A model generated the notes under the pieces. That model was not told the origin of the DNA, made no database searches, and saw only the letters and a list, made by a program, of their open reading frames with translations. Shown piece after piece: positions 38,581-47,729 of a stretch of 64,000 bases of DNA. Within the stretch, counting starts at the first letter, position 1, and each line of letters starts with the position of its first letter. The position numbers and the translations under genes were made by a program. The stretch is from positions 811 to 64,810 of the forward strand of contig JACRBE010000040.1 in assembly GCA_016213235.1 (NCBI GenBank), read 5' to 3'. The stretch is from Chlamydiales bacterium. Lineage in GTDB: Bacteria > Chlamydiota > Chlamydiia > Chlamydiales > JACRBE01.

Positions 38581-38670
38581 TTCCCTGTATAAAAAGTGTT
38601 GTTTTTCACAATATTCCCTGTATAAAATGTGAAATTTTTCACAATATTCACAGGGAATAATGTGAAATCA
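38581..38670. promoter_or_regulatory. 33-bp direct repeat x2 plus a partial, partly inverted third unit upstream of the 37235-38554 ATPase
   Basis: ttccctgtataaaaagtgttgtttttcacaata and ttccctgtataaaatgtgaaatttttcacaata (29/33), then ttcacagggaataatgtgaaatcac. The region contains the gtgaaatttttcac near-palindrome. Confidence 0.6.
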
Positions 38671-38785
38671 CTCCCGAATATTTGTGGGAATAAACGCTAA
38701 ACCGCTTGATTTAAAAGCTTTACGATGTAAAAAACCAAAAAACCCATACTATCAATTCTTCTATAATATGGTTTGTATTTCTTTT

Positions 38786-39130
38786 CTAATTGTTATTATC
38801 CGGGAAAAGATCATCACTATAGATTGCTTGATATGGCGGTGGATTATCAAACCTTACATACTTACCAACAACTTTACCATCAGAAACAACTAGAAAATAT
38901 TTTCTTTGCTGAATAACTTGAGGACCTTTGGTCACCCTTTCTACATATTCATACACTTGTTGTTTTTTCCCAATAGAACGAATTTCTACCGGAGGACCAA
39001 ACTCCTGCTCAATCGTAGCGATCGGTGTTCCTGTAGAAATATCAGAAAATCGATCCTGCGTCATTACCGAATAACGACTGCACCCGAATAAAAAAACACC
39101 TGCTAATAGGGCTAATAATACTCTTTTCAC
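38786..39130 (-). CDS. Small outer-membrane lipoprotein, BamE/SmpA_OmlA-like
   Basis: A GTG start at 39130 sits 7 nt after AGGAG. It gives MKRVLLALLAGVFLFGC with a lipobox. The mature part resembles the BamE fold pattern. Confidence 0.55.
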   Translation of the reverse strand: MKRVLLALLAGVFLFGCSRYSVMTQDRFSDISTGTPIATIEQEFGPPVEIRSIGKKQQVYEYVERVTKGPQVIQQRKYFLVVSDGKVVGKYVRFDNPPPYQAIYSDDLFPDNNN

Positions 39131-39134
39131 TCTT

Positions 39135-39587
39135 CTACTCCTGCTTGGTCTGTTTCCAAATTTTTCCTTGTATAAGCGTTTTAAACTCGTCGCCTGTTGC
39201 ATATTCTCCTTTCATTTCACAAGAGCCATCTTGTTGTAATTGGTAATATTCATACCCCTCAAAACCAAGATCGTTATCTCTAAATTCCCACCCAATAAAA
39301 CCATCATCTATTATCCCTTCGCCAAAAACTTTTCCCCAAGCTTGATTTTCTAGCTCTACTTCGAATCTCTTCCCATCAAAATTAGAAAATAAATATTGAT
39401 TTAACATGATATCCGTATGTCCAGCTACTTGTATTTCTTGTGTAGCATCGACTTCTAATAGATCAGGGTCTCCTGTAGTTGATTTCCATCTTGTATAAAA
39501 TACAAGCACCTCTTCTACATTGGATAATTGGATGCTACCTTCTCCTATCCAATTTCCTCCTGAAAATAAAAATTTATGCGTAAACAT
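39135..39587 (-). CDS. Hypothetical protein (150 aa), translationally coupled to rodA
   Basis: The MFTHKF start overlaps the rodA stop as TAATG (39585-39589). The longer ORF to 39713 lies inside rodA. Confidence 0.55.
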   Translation of the reverse strand: MFTHKFLFSGGNWIGEGSIQLSNVEEVLVFYTRWKSTTGDPDLLEVDATQEIQVAGHTDIMLNQYLFSNFDGKRFEVELENQAWGKVFGEGIIDDGFIGWEFRDNDLGFEGYEYYQLQQDGSCEMKGEYATGDEFKTLIQGKIWKQTKQE

Positions 39588-40708
39588 TAAAACATATACC
39601 TTCTTGTATAAATACTTTGTAATATTCCCAACGCTATCATCGTTACCAACACAGAAGACCCCCCATAAGTAACTAAAATAAGTGGGACCCCTGTAATGGG
39701 TAAAAAGCCGCACATCATACCAACATTAATAATAACATGCATAGCTAAGTATATACCAAATCCAGCAGAAAGCAAACGACCAAATAAATCTTTTGCTACT
39801 GCTACTACTTGAAAACTAAAGTAAATTAATGTAAAAAAAAGCCCAAGCAACACAGTAGCCCCTACTAACCCAAATTCTTCTGCAAATGCACAAAATACAG
39901 AGTCAGTATGTGCAAAGGGAAGCCATTTTTTTCCTGTAAACTCACTTTTACACCACCCACTACCAAAAACACTACCAAGAGCTATCGCTGTTTGCCCAGC
40001 TTTTTGATGGTAGGTATTTGGGTTCAATCTTTCGTACTGATATTCTTTCAAGAATTTTGTTGCAACAGGTTTAAATTCATCATGTGGGATCACATTAGAA
40101 AACATTAAAAAAACAAATACCAATCCTAATATCCCTATAATGTTCATAATCCACATGACCTCTTTTCTAATATTCCCAAGATAAAATATCCCCAGTGTAA
40201 TAGGATATAATATCATGGCAGAACCAAGATCTGGTTGTTTTAAGATAAGAATAAAAGGTATTAACACAATCACTCCTGCAATGATCGCTGTTTTCCATGT
40301 ATACGCATTATGTTGATTTTTTTCTAAAAACCAGCTGAGGGTAATGATAACAATAATCTTACCAAATTCTGATGGTTGAAGAGCAAATGAAATAAGTGGG
40401 AAACGATACCAACGATGTACATGTTGAATCGGATCGGTAAAAAACAGACCTATTAAGAGCAGTAAAATAAACACATACGTCACAGGAGCATATTGTTTTA
40501 ATTTTCTATAATCAAAACACACAAAAAACATATATACGATAAACCCAATACCAAATGCCCGTAACTGTCCTTTTACATAACGAGTCATGAGCTCTTTTCC
40601 ATCCGTTGTAGCAGAGGAAATAATACATAAACTAATGATCATAATACAAACGATAATAGGCAGCGTTTTGAAATCAAGTTTTCTTAAAAATTTCGCATCA
40701 AACATCAA
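39587..40708 (-). CDS. rodA: SEDS-family peptidoglycan polymerase (RodA/FtsW)
   Basis: 373 aa, about 10 TM helices, with QPSEFGK and C-terminal GGSS motifs. It is divergent from birA, as I recall for chlamydial rodA. Confidence 0.8.
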   Translation of the reverse strand: MMFDAKFLRKLDFKTLPIIVCIMIISLCIISSATTDGKELMTRYVKGQLRAFGIGFIVYMFFVCFDYRKLKQYAPVTYVFILLLLIGLFFTDPIQHVHRWYRFPLISFALQPSEFGKIIVIITLSWFLEKNQHNAYTWKTAIIAGVIVLIPFILILKQPDLGSAMILYPITLGIFYLGNIRKEVMWIMNIIGILGLVFVFLMFSNVIPHDEFKPVATKFLKEYQYERLNPNTYHQKAGQTAIALGSVFGSGWCKSEFTGKKWLPFAHTDSVFCAFAEEFGLVGATVLLGLFFTLIYFSFQVVAVAKDLFGRLLSAGFGIYLAMHVIINVGMMCGFLPITGVPLILVTYGGSSVLVTMIALGILQSIYTRRYMF

Positions 40709-40767
40709 AAAACCTTATTACAACTAATTTCACATCATATACAATTATCCTTTTTTCCTTTACAAAC

Positions 40768-41523
40768 TTGACAATTGAGGATGCTATGGAATGGAATTTC
40801 GAGCACATACACTTACAAAGCGTGCTTTCAACAAATACTTGGTGTAAGGAAAATATTACAAAACTAGACAATAGAAAAATCTATTTAGTGTCTACAGATC
40901 AGCAAACGCAAGGCAAAGGCCAGCATGGGAAAAGCTGGTTTTCTCCACCAAGCAGTAATATTTGCATGAGCTTTTGTTTCAAATTACCTTCTAAAATAAA
41001 TGTTACCAATATCCCTCAGATATTGTCTATTAGCTGTGTGAAGTTACTAGAAAAATATCATATACCCCCTCAGATTAAGTGGCCTAATGATGTTCTAATT
41101 GATGGAGAAAAGATAGCTGGTATTTTATGCGAGATATCGGATGATAAATGTATTGTTGGTATTGGTGTTAATATTAACATGACACAAACAGAAGCCTCTA
41201 CAATAGATCAGCCGGCAACTTCTCTTTTTATTCTTTCAGGACAAACCCATATCATACCCAGTCTCATCAACGACTTAAAAGATATCTTTTTAAAAGACCT
41301 CTCCTTATTTTTAGAATCGGGATTTGCTCCTTTTCATGATTTTTACACCTTTCATCTCGCTTACTTAGGGCAAGAGATCCTTTGGAAACATGATAATACA
41401 GAAACCAAAGGAGTGCTAAGAACTGTACTTGCTGATGGATGTTTAGAACTGCTGGAAGAAAACCAGACTCATACGAAAATTAGTTATGGGCAGCTAAGAC
41501 CTATCTGTGCATCACAAACATAA
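40768..41523 (+). CDS. birA: Biotin-[acetyl-CoA-carboxylase] ligase (class I, no HTH)
   Basis: QTQGKGQHGKSW and KWPNDVLIDGEKIAGIL motifs. The start may instead be the ATG at 40786. Confidence 0.85.
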   Translation: MTIEDAMEWNFEHIHLQSVLSTNTWCKENITKLDNRKIYLVSTDQQTQGKGQHGKSWFSPPSSNICMSFCFKLPSKINVTNIPQILSISCVKLLEKYHIPPQIKWPNDVLIDGEKIAGILCEISDDKCIVGIGVNINMTQTEASTIDQPATSLFILSGQTHIIPSLINDLKDIFLKDLSLFLESGFAPFHDFYTFHLAYLGQEILWKHDNTETKGVLRTVLADGCLELLEENQTHTKISYGQLRPICASQT

Positions 41524-41594
41524 TGTCATTTATTTTCTAACTATTAAGAAAATAATAGAATTATAATTATCACATCAAAAATAATAGGTATAAC

Positions 41595-42200
41595 ATGGAT
41601 GTAGTAACAAGTACATTAATAGATATATATGAACAACGGCATGATACGTATTACGGCATCGCAACTTCCTTACACGCGCAATACACCAGTATTGAAGCTC
41701 AGATGCCACGAGTATTTGATACTATCATCGATAAGCCTTTTAGTACCTTGGCAGGAAAAGTTGATTTCCTTGCTATTAACGTCATTGAACAACTCACTCT
41801 TTATGTGTTTCTCATTGGCACTTCTGATTTAGATTTTTCTGATCAAGTTGCCTATCCTTATACCACTCCTGTAAAACCAATGCAAAAAGTAGTCTCAACT
41901 AAATTTTCTGAAATGGATCCTCATTTATATCGCTGTCCTACAATGGATAAAGAGAGGTTTGTTAAAATATCTCATTGTTTACATACACGTTATTTTCCTC
42001 AAATACGAGATTTATTTGTTCCCTCTATCTCCTTAGTTAAAGTATTGCATCGCTTAGATGACAGTGTCATCTTGGATGCAAAAACAGTAAAAGCGATTCG
42101 TCATGGGATATCAGAATCAATAGATACTGTTGTTCCTTATCTATTAAATGACGTTTTTTTAACAGCTAAAGCACATTATAGAGATTGTACAAGGTGTTAA
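41595..42200 (+). CDS. Hypothetical protein
   Basis: 201-aa ORF with no motif recognised. Confidence 0.45.
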   Translation: MDVVTSTLIDIYEQRHDTYYGIATSLHAQYTSIEAQMPRVFDTIIDKPFSTLAGKVDFLAINVIEQLTLYVFLIGTSDLDFSDQVAYPYTTPVKPMQKVVSTKFSEMDPHLYRCPTMDKERFVKISHCLHTRYFPQIRDLFVPSISLVKVLHRLDDSVILDAKTVKAIRHGISESIDTVVPYLLNDVFLTAKAHYRDCTRC

Positions 42201-42203
42201 TGT

Positions 42204-42995
42204 TTAAACGGGGTGTTGTTCTTGGTGAAATGTCAAAGTAGACAGATCTGCAACCACTTGAATTGCAGGATGCACTTTTGCTTTTAAGATTTGTTCAATT
42301 GCCGATAGTGTTGTTCCTGTAGCAGAATAGCAGCTAGTACAGCTTCCTTGATAACTAATGGTGATGCTAAAAGCTTCTATTTTAGCAATCGTTACACCAC
42401 CAGCATCTAGTTCTATATAGGGACGAATTTCTTGGTCAATGATCTCATGAATGATGATATGTTTCTGTTCTTCGGATAACTCTCCAAAATTAGGATAACG
42501 ATGCTCTTGCTCTCCACCATGGGAAAAAGGAGATGGTGGCACATATGTTTCTGCAAAAGGAATATCTTCACACTGCTCTAATGCATTATCAAGAGCAGAA
42601 ATAGCCATATTCATCAGAAAATAAATTTGATGAGGGAACGTAGCGGTTTGTTCTTTAATCTCTTTTTCAATCAGATCTGCAGATACTCTTCTTGCCTGAT
42701 CATAATTTTTTCGAATAGCTAGCTCAGAGAGTATTTCTGCGCTACCAAGCAGCGCGGAATCTCCAAATAATTGATACTTGATATCTGCAATGACCCCATC
42801 ACTTTCATCGATTAACACATAAAAACGGATAAAATACCCATCTTTAATATCTCCCTCTTGTCCAACGACAAGGCGCATTTCTTCCGATAAAACATCTTCT
42901 TTAGCAATTACTCCCATATAACTAGGAGAAAGAATTTTTTGTTTTAATTTTTTTGTGTAAAAATGCCAGTAGTGCAATTTAAAAGGAGTTGTCAT
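42204..42995 (-). CDS. NifU-like Fe-S cluster assembly protein (N-terminal IscU-like region + C-terminal Nfu domain)
   Basis: The C-terminal IRPYIELDAGGV...GSCTSCYSATGTL motif is typical of the NifU C-domain. Confidence 0.7.
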   Translation of the reverse strand: MTTPFKLHYWHFYTKKLKQKILSPSYMGVIAKEDVLSEEMRLVVGQEGDIKDGYFIRFYVLIDESDGVIADIKYQLFGDSALLGSAEILSELAIRKNYDQARRVSADLIEKEIKEQTATFPHQIYFLMNMAISALDNALEQCEDIPFAETYVPPSPFSHGGEQEHRYPNFGELSEEQKHIIIHEIIDQEIRPYIELDAGGVTIAKIEAFSITISYQGSCTSCYSATGTTLSAIEQILKAKVHPAIQVVADLSTLTFHQEQHPV

Positions 42996-44145
42996 GTACT
43001 AGCTCCTGATAAATTTCATCGGAAAACAACTGATATTTTTTTGAAATAGCTACTAAAGCATCAATTAATAAATCAACATCCTCTTTTGTGTGCTCAGCTG
43101 TAAAACAGACACTCACTGCTGTTTTAGCAGCAATAGAGCCAATCCCTGTAGACTCCAAAATATGCTCTAGTCTCTGTGTTTGACCACCGCCAAAGCTTAC
43201 AAAAATTTCTTGTTGTGATAGCAAAAAAGCAAGGAGTTGCCCATGCATATGTGGCAAGCCAAAACAACTGATATGACATACTCTTGAAAGTGGCTTATGA
43301 AATGTTTTTGCACCTAATTTTTCTACGATTGCTTTTTCAAAATAGTTTCTTAAACTCGCGACCTCAATGCTAACTTCATCTTGCTGTTGATATTTTTCCT
43401 TTAAAGCAGCATGCATAGCAAAAAAACCAGCTATATGAAGGGGTCCTCCTCGAAAACATCCTTCTATAGGAGATGGGATAAGAGGCGTTATCTTGTGGTA
43501 ATGTTGAATAATTAAACCACCACTGCCAATAGTGCTACCTATTCTAGACCCCTCAAACGTAATAAAATCTGCCCCTATCTCCTTTAATGCAATCATATAG
43601 CTACCTATGCAGGTAGTTATATCTACATGCAAAAGAATATGCTGCTGTTTGCAATACTCGGCAATCTCCCTAATGGGCTGTATCACGCCGGTTAATCGAT
43701 TTGCCAGTGATAGTGATAACAGACAAGATTTAGGTGTTACATACATTTTCAACAGCTCTACCGTTAATATCCCCTGTGAATTTAGTGGGATTTGCACAGT
43801 ATTGACCTCTAATGATTCGTATTTTTCCAGTGATAAAATAGTGTCTGCGTCTTCTATTGTGGTAGTTAAGATTTGGTTTTTTCCAAGACTTGAAATGTAA
43901 TCGATAAAAACACTTTGCAGCACATGTGCAATACCTTCGCTAGAAGAGGATGTTAAAATAAATGTTGCATCAGGACCAAGGCCTAGCATCTCATGAATTT
44001 CTTCATGCGACCTGTTATATGCAGCAATAAGTGAGCTATCTTGCTGATAGGGAGCATCCATCGAATATACATTCATATATCGAAGATAAGTATCTCTTAC
44101 ATTATTACTAATAACTGATTTTAATTGATGATCAAAATACAACAT
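42979..44145 (-). CDS. Class V aminotransferase / cysteine desulfurase-like (NifS/IscS-related)
   Basis: The length and layout fit the class V fold, and it sits upstream of the nifU-like gene. Met at 44145 (MLYFDHQ) avoids overlap with gpmA. Confidence 0.65.
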   Translation of the reverse strand: MLYFDHQLKSVISNNVRDTYLRYMNVYSMDAPYQQDSSLIAAYNRSHEEIHEMLGLGPDATFILTSSSSEGIAHVLQSVFIDYISSLGKNQILTTTIEDADTILSLEKYESLEVNTVQIPLNSQGILTVELLKMYVTPKSCLLSLSLANRLTGVIQPIREIAEYCKQQHILLHVDITTCIGSYMIALKEIGADFITFEGSRIGSTIGSGGLIIQHYHKITPLIPSPIEGCFRGGPLHIAGFFAMHAALKEKYQQQDEVSIEVASLRNYFEKAIVEKLGAKTFHKPLSRVCHISCFGLPHMHGQLLAFLLSQQEIFVSFGGGQTQRLEHILESTGIGSIAAKTAVSVCFTAEHTKEDVDLLIDALVAISKKYQLFSDEIYQELVHDNSF

Positions 44146-44147
44146 AA

Positions 44148-44846
44148 TTAATGATAAATACTCACACAATGTTCCAAAGATTCTTTATAAAATTTTCCGT
44201 CTTTATATACATAACAAAGCGCCCTTCCTGTTGGGATCTCAAAATGAAGAATATCTTCATCGCTTATTTCCTCAATAAACTTCACAATCGAGCGCAAGGA
44301 ATTACCATGTGCTGAAATAAGCACATTATTCCCTTTAACTAAATAAGGTATTGTTACTTTTTCAAAGTAGGGTATTGTTCGTTCATAAGTCATTTTTAAA
44401 CTCTCTCCATTTGGTGGTGAAACATCAAAGCTTCTTCTCCAAATTCTCACCTGCTCCGCTCCAAATTCTTCTGCTGTTTCTTCCTTATTCTTACCTTGCA
44501 ATTCCCCATACATTCTTTCATTTAGCTCTTTTGCAATATAAACAGGAATGACTTCCTTTTCTGTTTTTTTGCTATAAATTTTAGACCATTTTTCTCTTGG
44601 ATGGATGACAACCGGTGTTTTACTCAACGAGTGCTGGCTCATCATTAAAAATGCAGTCATCTGCGCTCTTACCAAGTTAGATGAGAATATAACATCTATT
44701 GGAATATCTTTAAGAGCTTGACCAAGATCAATTGCTTCTCGAATGCCTTGGTTACTCAGAGGGATATCCACCCATCCTGTAAATAAATTTTTTTTATTCC
44801 AATCAGATTGTCCATGCCTTACTAAAATTAAAATCGATTCTTTCAT
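44148..44846 (-). CDS. gpmA: 2,3-bisphosphoglycerate-dependent phosphoglycerate mutase
   Basis: LVRHGQSDWNKKNLFTGW and SAHGNSLR motifs. Confidence 0.9.
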   Translation of the reverse strand: MKESILILVRHGQSDWNKKNLFTGWVDIPLSNQGIREAIDLGQALKDIPIDVIFSSNLVRAQMTAFLMMSQHSLSKTPVVIHPREKWSKIYSKKTEKEVIPVYIAKELNERMYGELQGKNKEETAEEFGAEQVRIWRRSFDVSPPNGESLKMTYERTIPYFEKVTIPYLVKGNNVLISAHGNSLRSIVKFIEEISDEDILHFEIPTGRALCYVYKDGKFYKESLEHCVSIYH

Positions 44847-44881
44847 AGGTCCATCATTATAAGTTATCTGGATGTTTTTTG

Positions 44882-46252
44882 TTAAAAGGTTATTCCTATT
44901 TGAGTACCTAGTACTAATGCATTCGGAATATTACCAAGCCCACGTGGATTAATAATATATTGAACATCTGGAGTGATGTAAAACCATTTATTTAACTGCA
45001 ACCAATACGTAGCTTCTATCACCATTTCAAAATTTTGCGGAATATTACCAAATCTTCCAGGGATACCTAAATTTTTTGCTTGTTGCTCTGCGCTGCGCAA
45101 ATCATCGCTATAGCTTCCATACATAAAGGCAAGTGATACAGAATCCTCTTCCCTAGATGGAATCAATCCCCTATAGGTAGCACCTGCTGTAAAAAAAACA
45201 GGGAATAGCGCTATGTCCTCAGGAGCAAATAGAAGCGCAATAAATGGAGTTAATCCGGTGGTAGAAAGAGACCCATCCGGATGATATACCATTTGGTCAA
45301 ATAAAAAATAATACCCATAATTCCCTCGTTGCTCGCCGCCAAGAAACTTATCCCAAACGCCTGACACATAATAATATCCAACTTTATAGTTGCCTGGCAA
45401 TCCACTGTTTGCTGCACCTTGGTTAATTAACACTTTCCACTCTGTAATGTATTCGACCCCATTTGTATTATCAAATGTAAAATTACATCCATGATATTTG
45501 TTTTCTCGAATGATCGTATTGGCGTTATAAACTCCAAATTTCATCTCAAACCAGCTAAATGGCTGTATTCTTAAGTATGCTCCCCATGTTGTAAATGGGT
45601 ATGCAGTTGTCACCGTGCTGCCCCCATCTGGTGGAGACTGCGTATTAAAAAGAATGCCAACAGGATTTCCATCGATTGCATTGCTAACAAAATGGGAATA
45701 AATCGGAGATTGTAAGAACGTATCCCCTTCACTTAATCTTCCCAAACGAATTGTTATCGCATCATTAAAAATACTTTGTTGCACATACAAATCACAAAGG
45801 CGAAAATTTTCGCCCCCATATACTTCTGCCACGTTAAACTGGTTGCCAATCATATCTGCTGACAAGTTGTTTCCAAACCGCCACGAAATAGATGTATATA
45901 ATAACATTCCTTTAATGCTTGCTATCCTGTCCATGTCAAGAGTCAGGTCAGCTCCCCAAGAGCTAGCCTGTTCAAACCCTTGAGTTTTACCTCCTATAGG
46001 GTTACCCAGGACATCGCTCACAAAGCTAGAAGTAATAGTCACTCCAGAATCGACCAGACTCTCCCTTGCTCCGCCCCAATCCCCCGTAAAATATTTTCTT
46101 TCCCAAAAGCCTTGATTCATTTTGTTTTGACTTTCATCATAATAGTCTTGAGCATCCAGATAACGATCATAAGACGTACTAGAATAATTTGAATCTGCGC
46201 TAAAAGCTGCCGTTGTAAAACAAAAAATTAACCATAATAGAGTCAATAACAT
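44882..46252 (-). CDS. OprB-family carbohydrate-selective porin
   Basis: Signal peptide, an N-terminal LTGDWGG-like motif (FTGDWGGARESL), a beta-rich body and a terminal Phe. Confidence 0.7.
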   Translation of the reverse strand: MLLTLLWLIFCFTTAAFSADSNYSSTSYDRYLDAQDYYDESQNKMNQGFWERKYFTGDWGGARESLVDSGVTITSSFVSDVLGNPIGGKTQGFEQASSWGADLTLDMDRIASIKGMLLYTSISWRFGNNLSADMIGNQFNVAEVYGGENFRLCDLYVQQSIFNDAITIRLGRLSEGDTFLQSPIYSHFVSNAIDGNPVGILFNTQSPPDGGSTVTTAYPFTTWGAYLRIQPFSWFEMKFGVYNANTIIRENKYHGCNFTFDNTNGVEYITEWKVLINQGAANSGLPGNYKVGYYYVSGVWDKFLGGEQRGNYGYYFLFDQMVYHPDGSLSTTGLTPFIALLFAPEDIALFPVFFTAGATYRGLIPSREEDSVSLAFMYGSYSDDLRSAEQQAKNLGIPGRFGNIPQNFEMVIEATYWLQLNKWFYITPDVQYIINPRGLGNIPNALVLGTQIGITF

Positions 46253-46342
46253 CTTGAATTACCCCTATTGATGAATTCGATTGAAATTAAGCGAATATTC
46301 AAAGATAATATTTGGGTAATATAAAATATAGGTTTTTCTCTT

Positions 46343-47035
46343 ATGGCCGTGCAACGACTTGCAAAAATACTCGCCCAAGCTGGACTCGCTTCCAGAAGAT
46401 CTTGTGAGGATCTTATCTTTGCCGGTAGAGTTAAGCTAAATAATACCGTGGTATATCTACCTCAGACAATGGTAAACCCTTCCCAGGATACTATCTGTGT
46501 GGACCATAAACCAATTGCGTTAGAAAAAAAAGTTTATTTGATTTTTAATAAACCAAAAGGCTACATCTGTTCCAATGTCCCTGATCGCAGAACCATCTAT
46601 CGATTTTTCACTGATATAGAGCAGAGATTGTTTAGCATAGGAAGATTGGATAAGGACACAGAAGGATTGCTTATTCTTACCAATGATGGATTATTTGCTC
46701 AAAATATCATCCATCCTTCCAAAAATATTTTAAAAGAGTATATTGTAAAAACAAATAAAGAAATTTCTGACGATCATTTAAAGACCATTTCTAAAGGCAC
46801 CCTCATTGAAAATGTATTTATTCGCCCTCAGAGTGTAGAAAAGATACGCAAAGGAACCTTACGTATTACCATTAGTGAAGGGAAAAAACATGAAGTAAGA
46901 AAATTGGTAGAGTGTGCTGATTTAAAAATATATGCATTAAAAAGGACCAGAATCGGTGGGCTACATCTTGGATTATTACCTATAGGTGCATTTAGAGAAT
47001 TAACAGAAAAAGAAAAACTTTTAGTTTTTCAATAA
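46343..47035 (+). CDS. RsuA/RluB-family pseudouridine synthase
   Basis: S4 domain (RLAKILAQAGLASRR) and catalytic GRLDKDTEGLL. Confidence 0.85.
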   Translation: MAVQRLAKILAQAGLASRRSCEDLIFAGRVKLNNTVVYLPQTMVNPSQDTICVDHKPIALEKKVYLIFNKPKGYICSNVPDRRTIYRFFTDIEQRLFSIGRLDKDTEGLLILTNDGLFAQNIIHPSKNILKEYIVKTNKEISDDHLKTISKGTLIENVFIRPQSVEKIRKGTLRITISEGKKHEVRKLVECADLKIYALKRTRIGGLHLGLLPIGAFRELTEKEKLLVFQ

Positions 47036-47054
47036 TTAACTTATACTGCAAATT

Positions 47055-47729
47055 ATGTTAACTATAGCAAAACTGTTTGGAAAATCTCCTTTTGGCCATC
47101 TGCAAAATCACATGCATAAGGTCACCGCTTGCATGAAAAAACTTGAAGACTTGTTCAGATTACTTGTAGAAGAAAAATTTCAAGATATCGAAGATACCGT
47201 GATACAATTATCTAAACTGGAACATGAAGCAGATCTTTGTAAAAATGATATTCGAAATAATTTACCTAAAAGTCTTTATTTGCCGGTTGATCGCTCTCAG
47301 TTTTTAGAAATTTTATCTATTCAAGATTCTTTAGCAGATAAAGCAGAAGAAATCGGCAATTTAATGTTGCTAAAACCAGTAAAATCATTTCCAAAAGAAT
47401 TACAATCTTCTTTTACCGAATTTGTAAATAAAAACATGGAAGCCTTTTGGGAAGCTAGAAATATCATTAAAGAGTTAACTGAACTAATTGAGTCCTCTTT
47501 TGGTGGACAAGAAGCAGAAAAAGTCAAAGAAATGGTAGATAAAACAGCATATATCGAATATGAATCCGACTGTTTAAAACGCCAAGTTCTAAAAACTTTT
47601 TTTGCCATAGCAGATAAACTACCTTATCCATCCTTTTATTTGTGGATGAGATTAATAGAAGAAATAGGTGCTGTTTCTCATATTGCAGAAAAATTGGCAC
47701 ATCGAATTCGTCAAATGATAGAAACATGA
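47055..47729 (+). CDS. DUF47/PhoU-like phosphate-transport regulator
   Basis: 224-aa helical protein. Its stop overlaps the pit start (ATGA at 47726-47729). Confidence 0.75.
   Translation: MLTIAKLFGKSPFGHLQNHMHKVTACMKKLEDLFRLLVEEKFQDIEDTVIQLSKLEHEADLCKNDIRNNLPKSLYLPVDRSQFLEILSIQDSLADKAEEIGNLMLLKPVKSFPKELQSSFTEFVNKNMEAFWEARNIIKELTELIESSFGGQEAEKVKEMVDKTAYIEYESDCLKRQVLKTFFAIADKLPYPSFYLWMRLIEEIGAVSHIAEKLAHRIRQMIET

Noticed and set aside
39131-39202. ATG-initiated long form of the lipoprotein ORF (38786-39202)
   Set aside because: It overlaps the preceding gene by 68 nt. The GTG at 39130, with AGGAG 7 nt upstream, gives a textbook lipoprotein signal peptide.
39588-39713. Long form of the 192-aa ORF overlapping the rodA 3' end
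   Set aside because: The internal Met at 39587 overlaps the rodA stop (TAATG), and the upstream part is simply the alternative frame of rodA.
47642-47725. 28-codon extension of the Pit ORF
   Set aside because: It lies inside the DUF47 gene. The ATGA-coupled start at 47726 gives the expected hydrophobic N-terminus.
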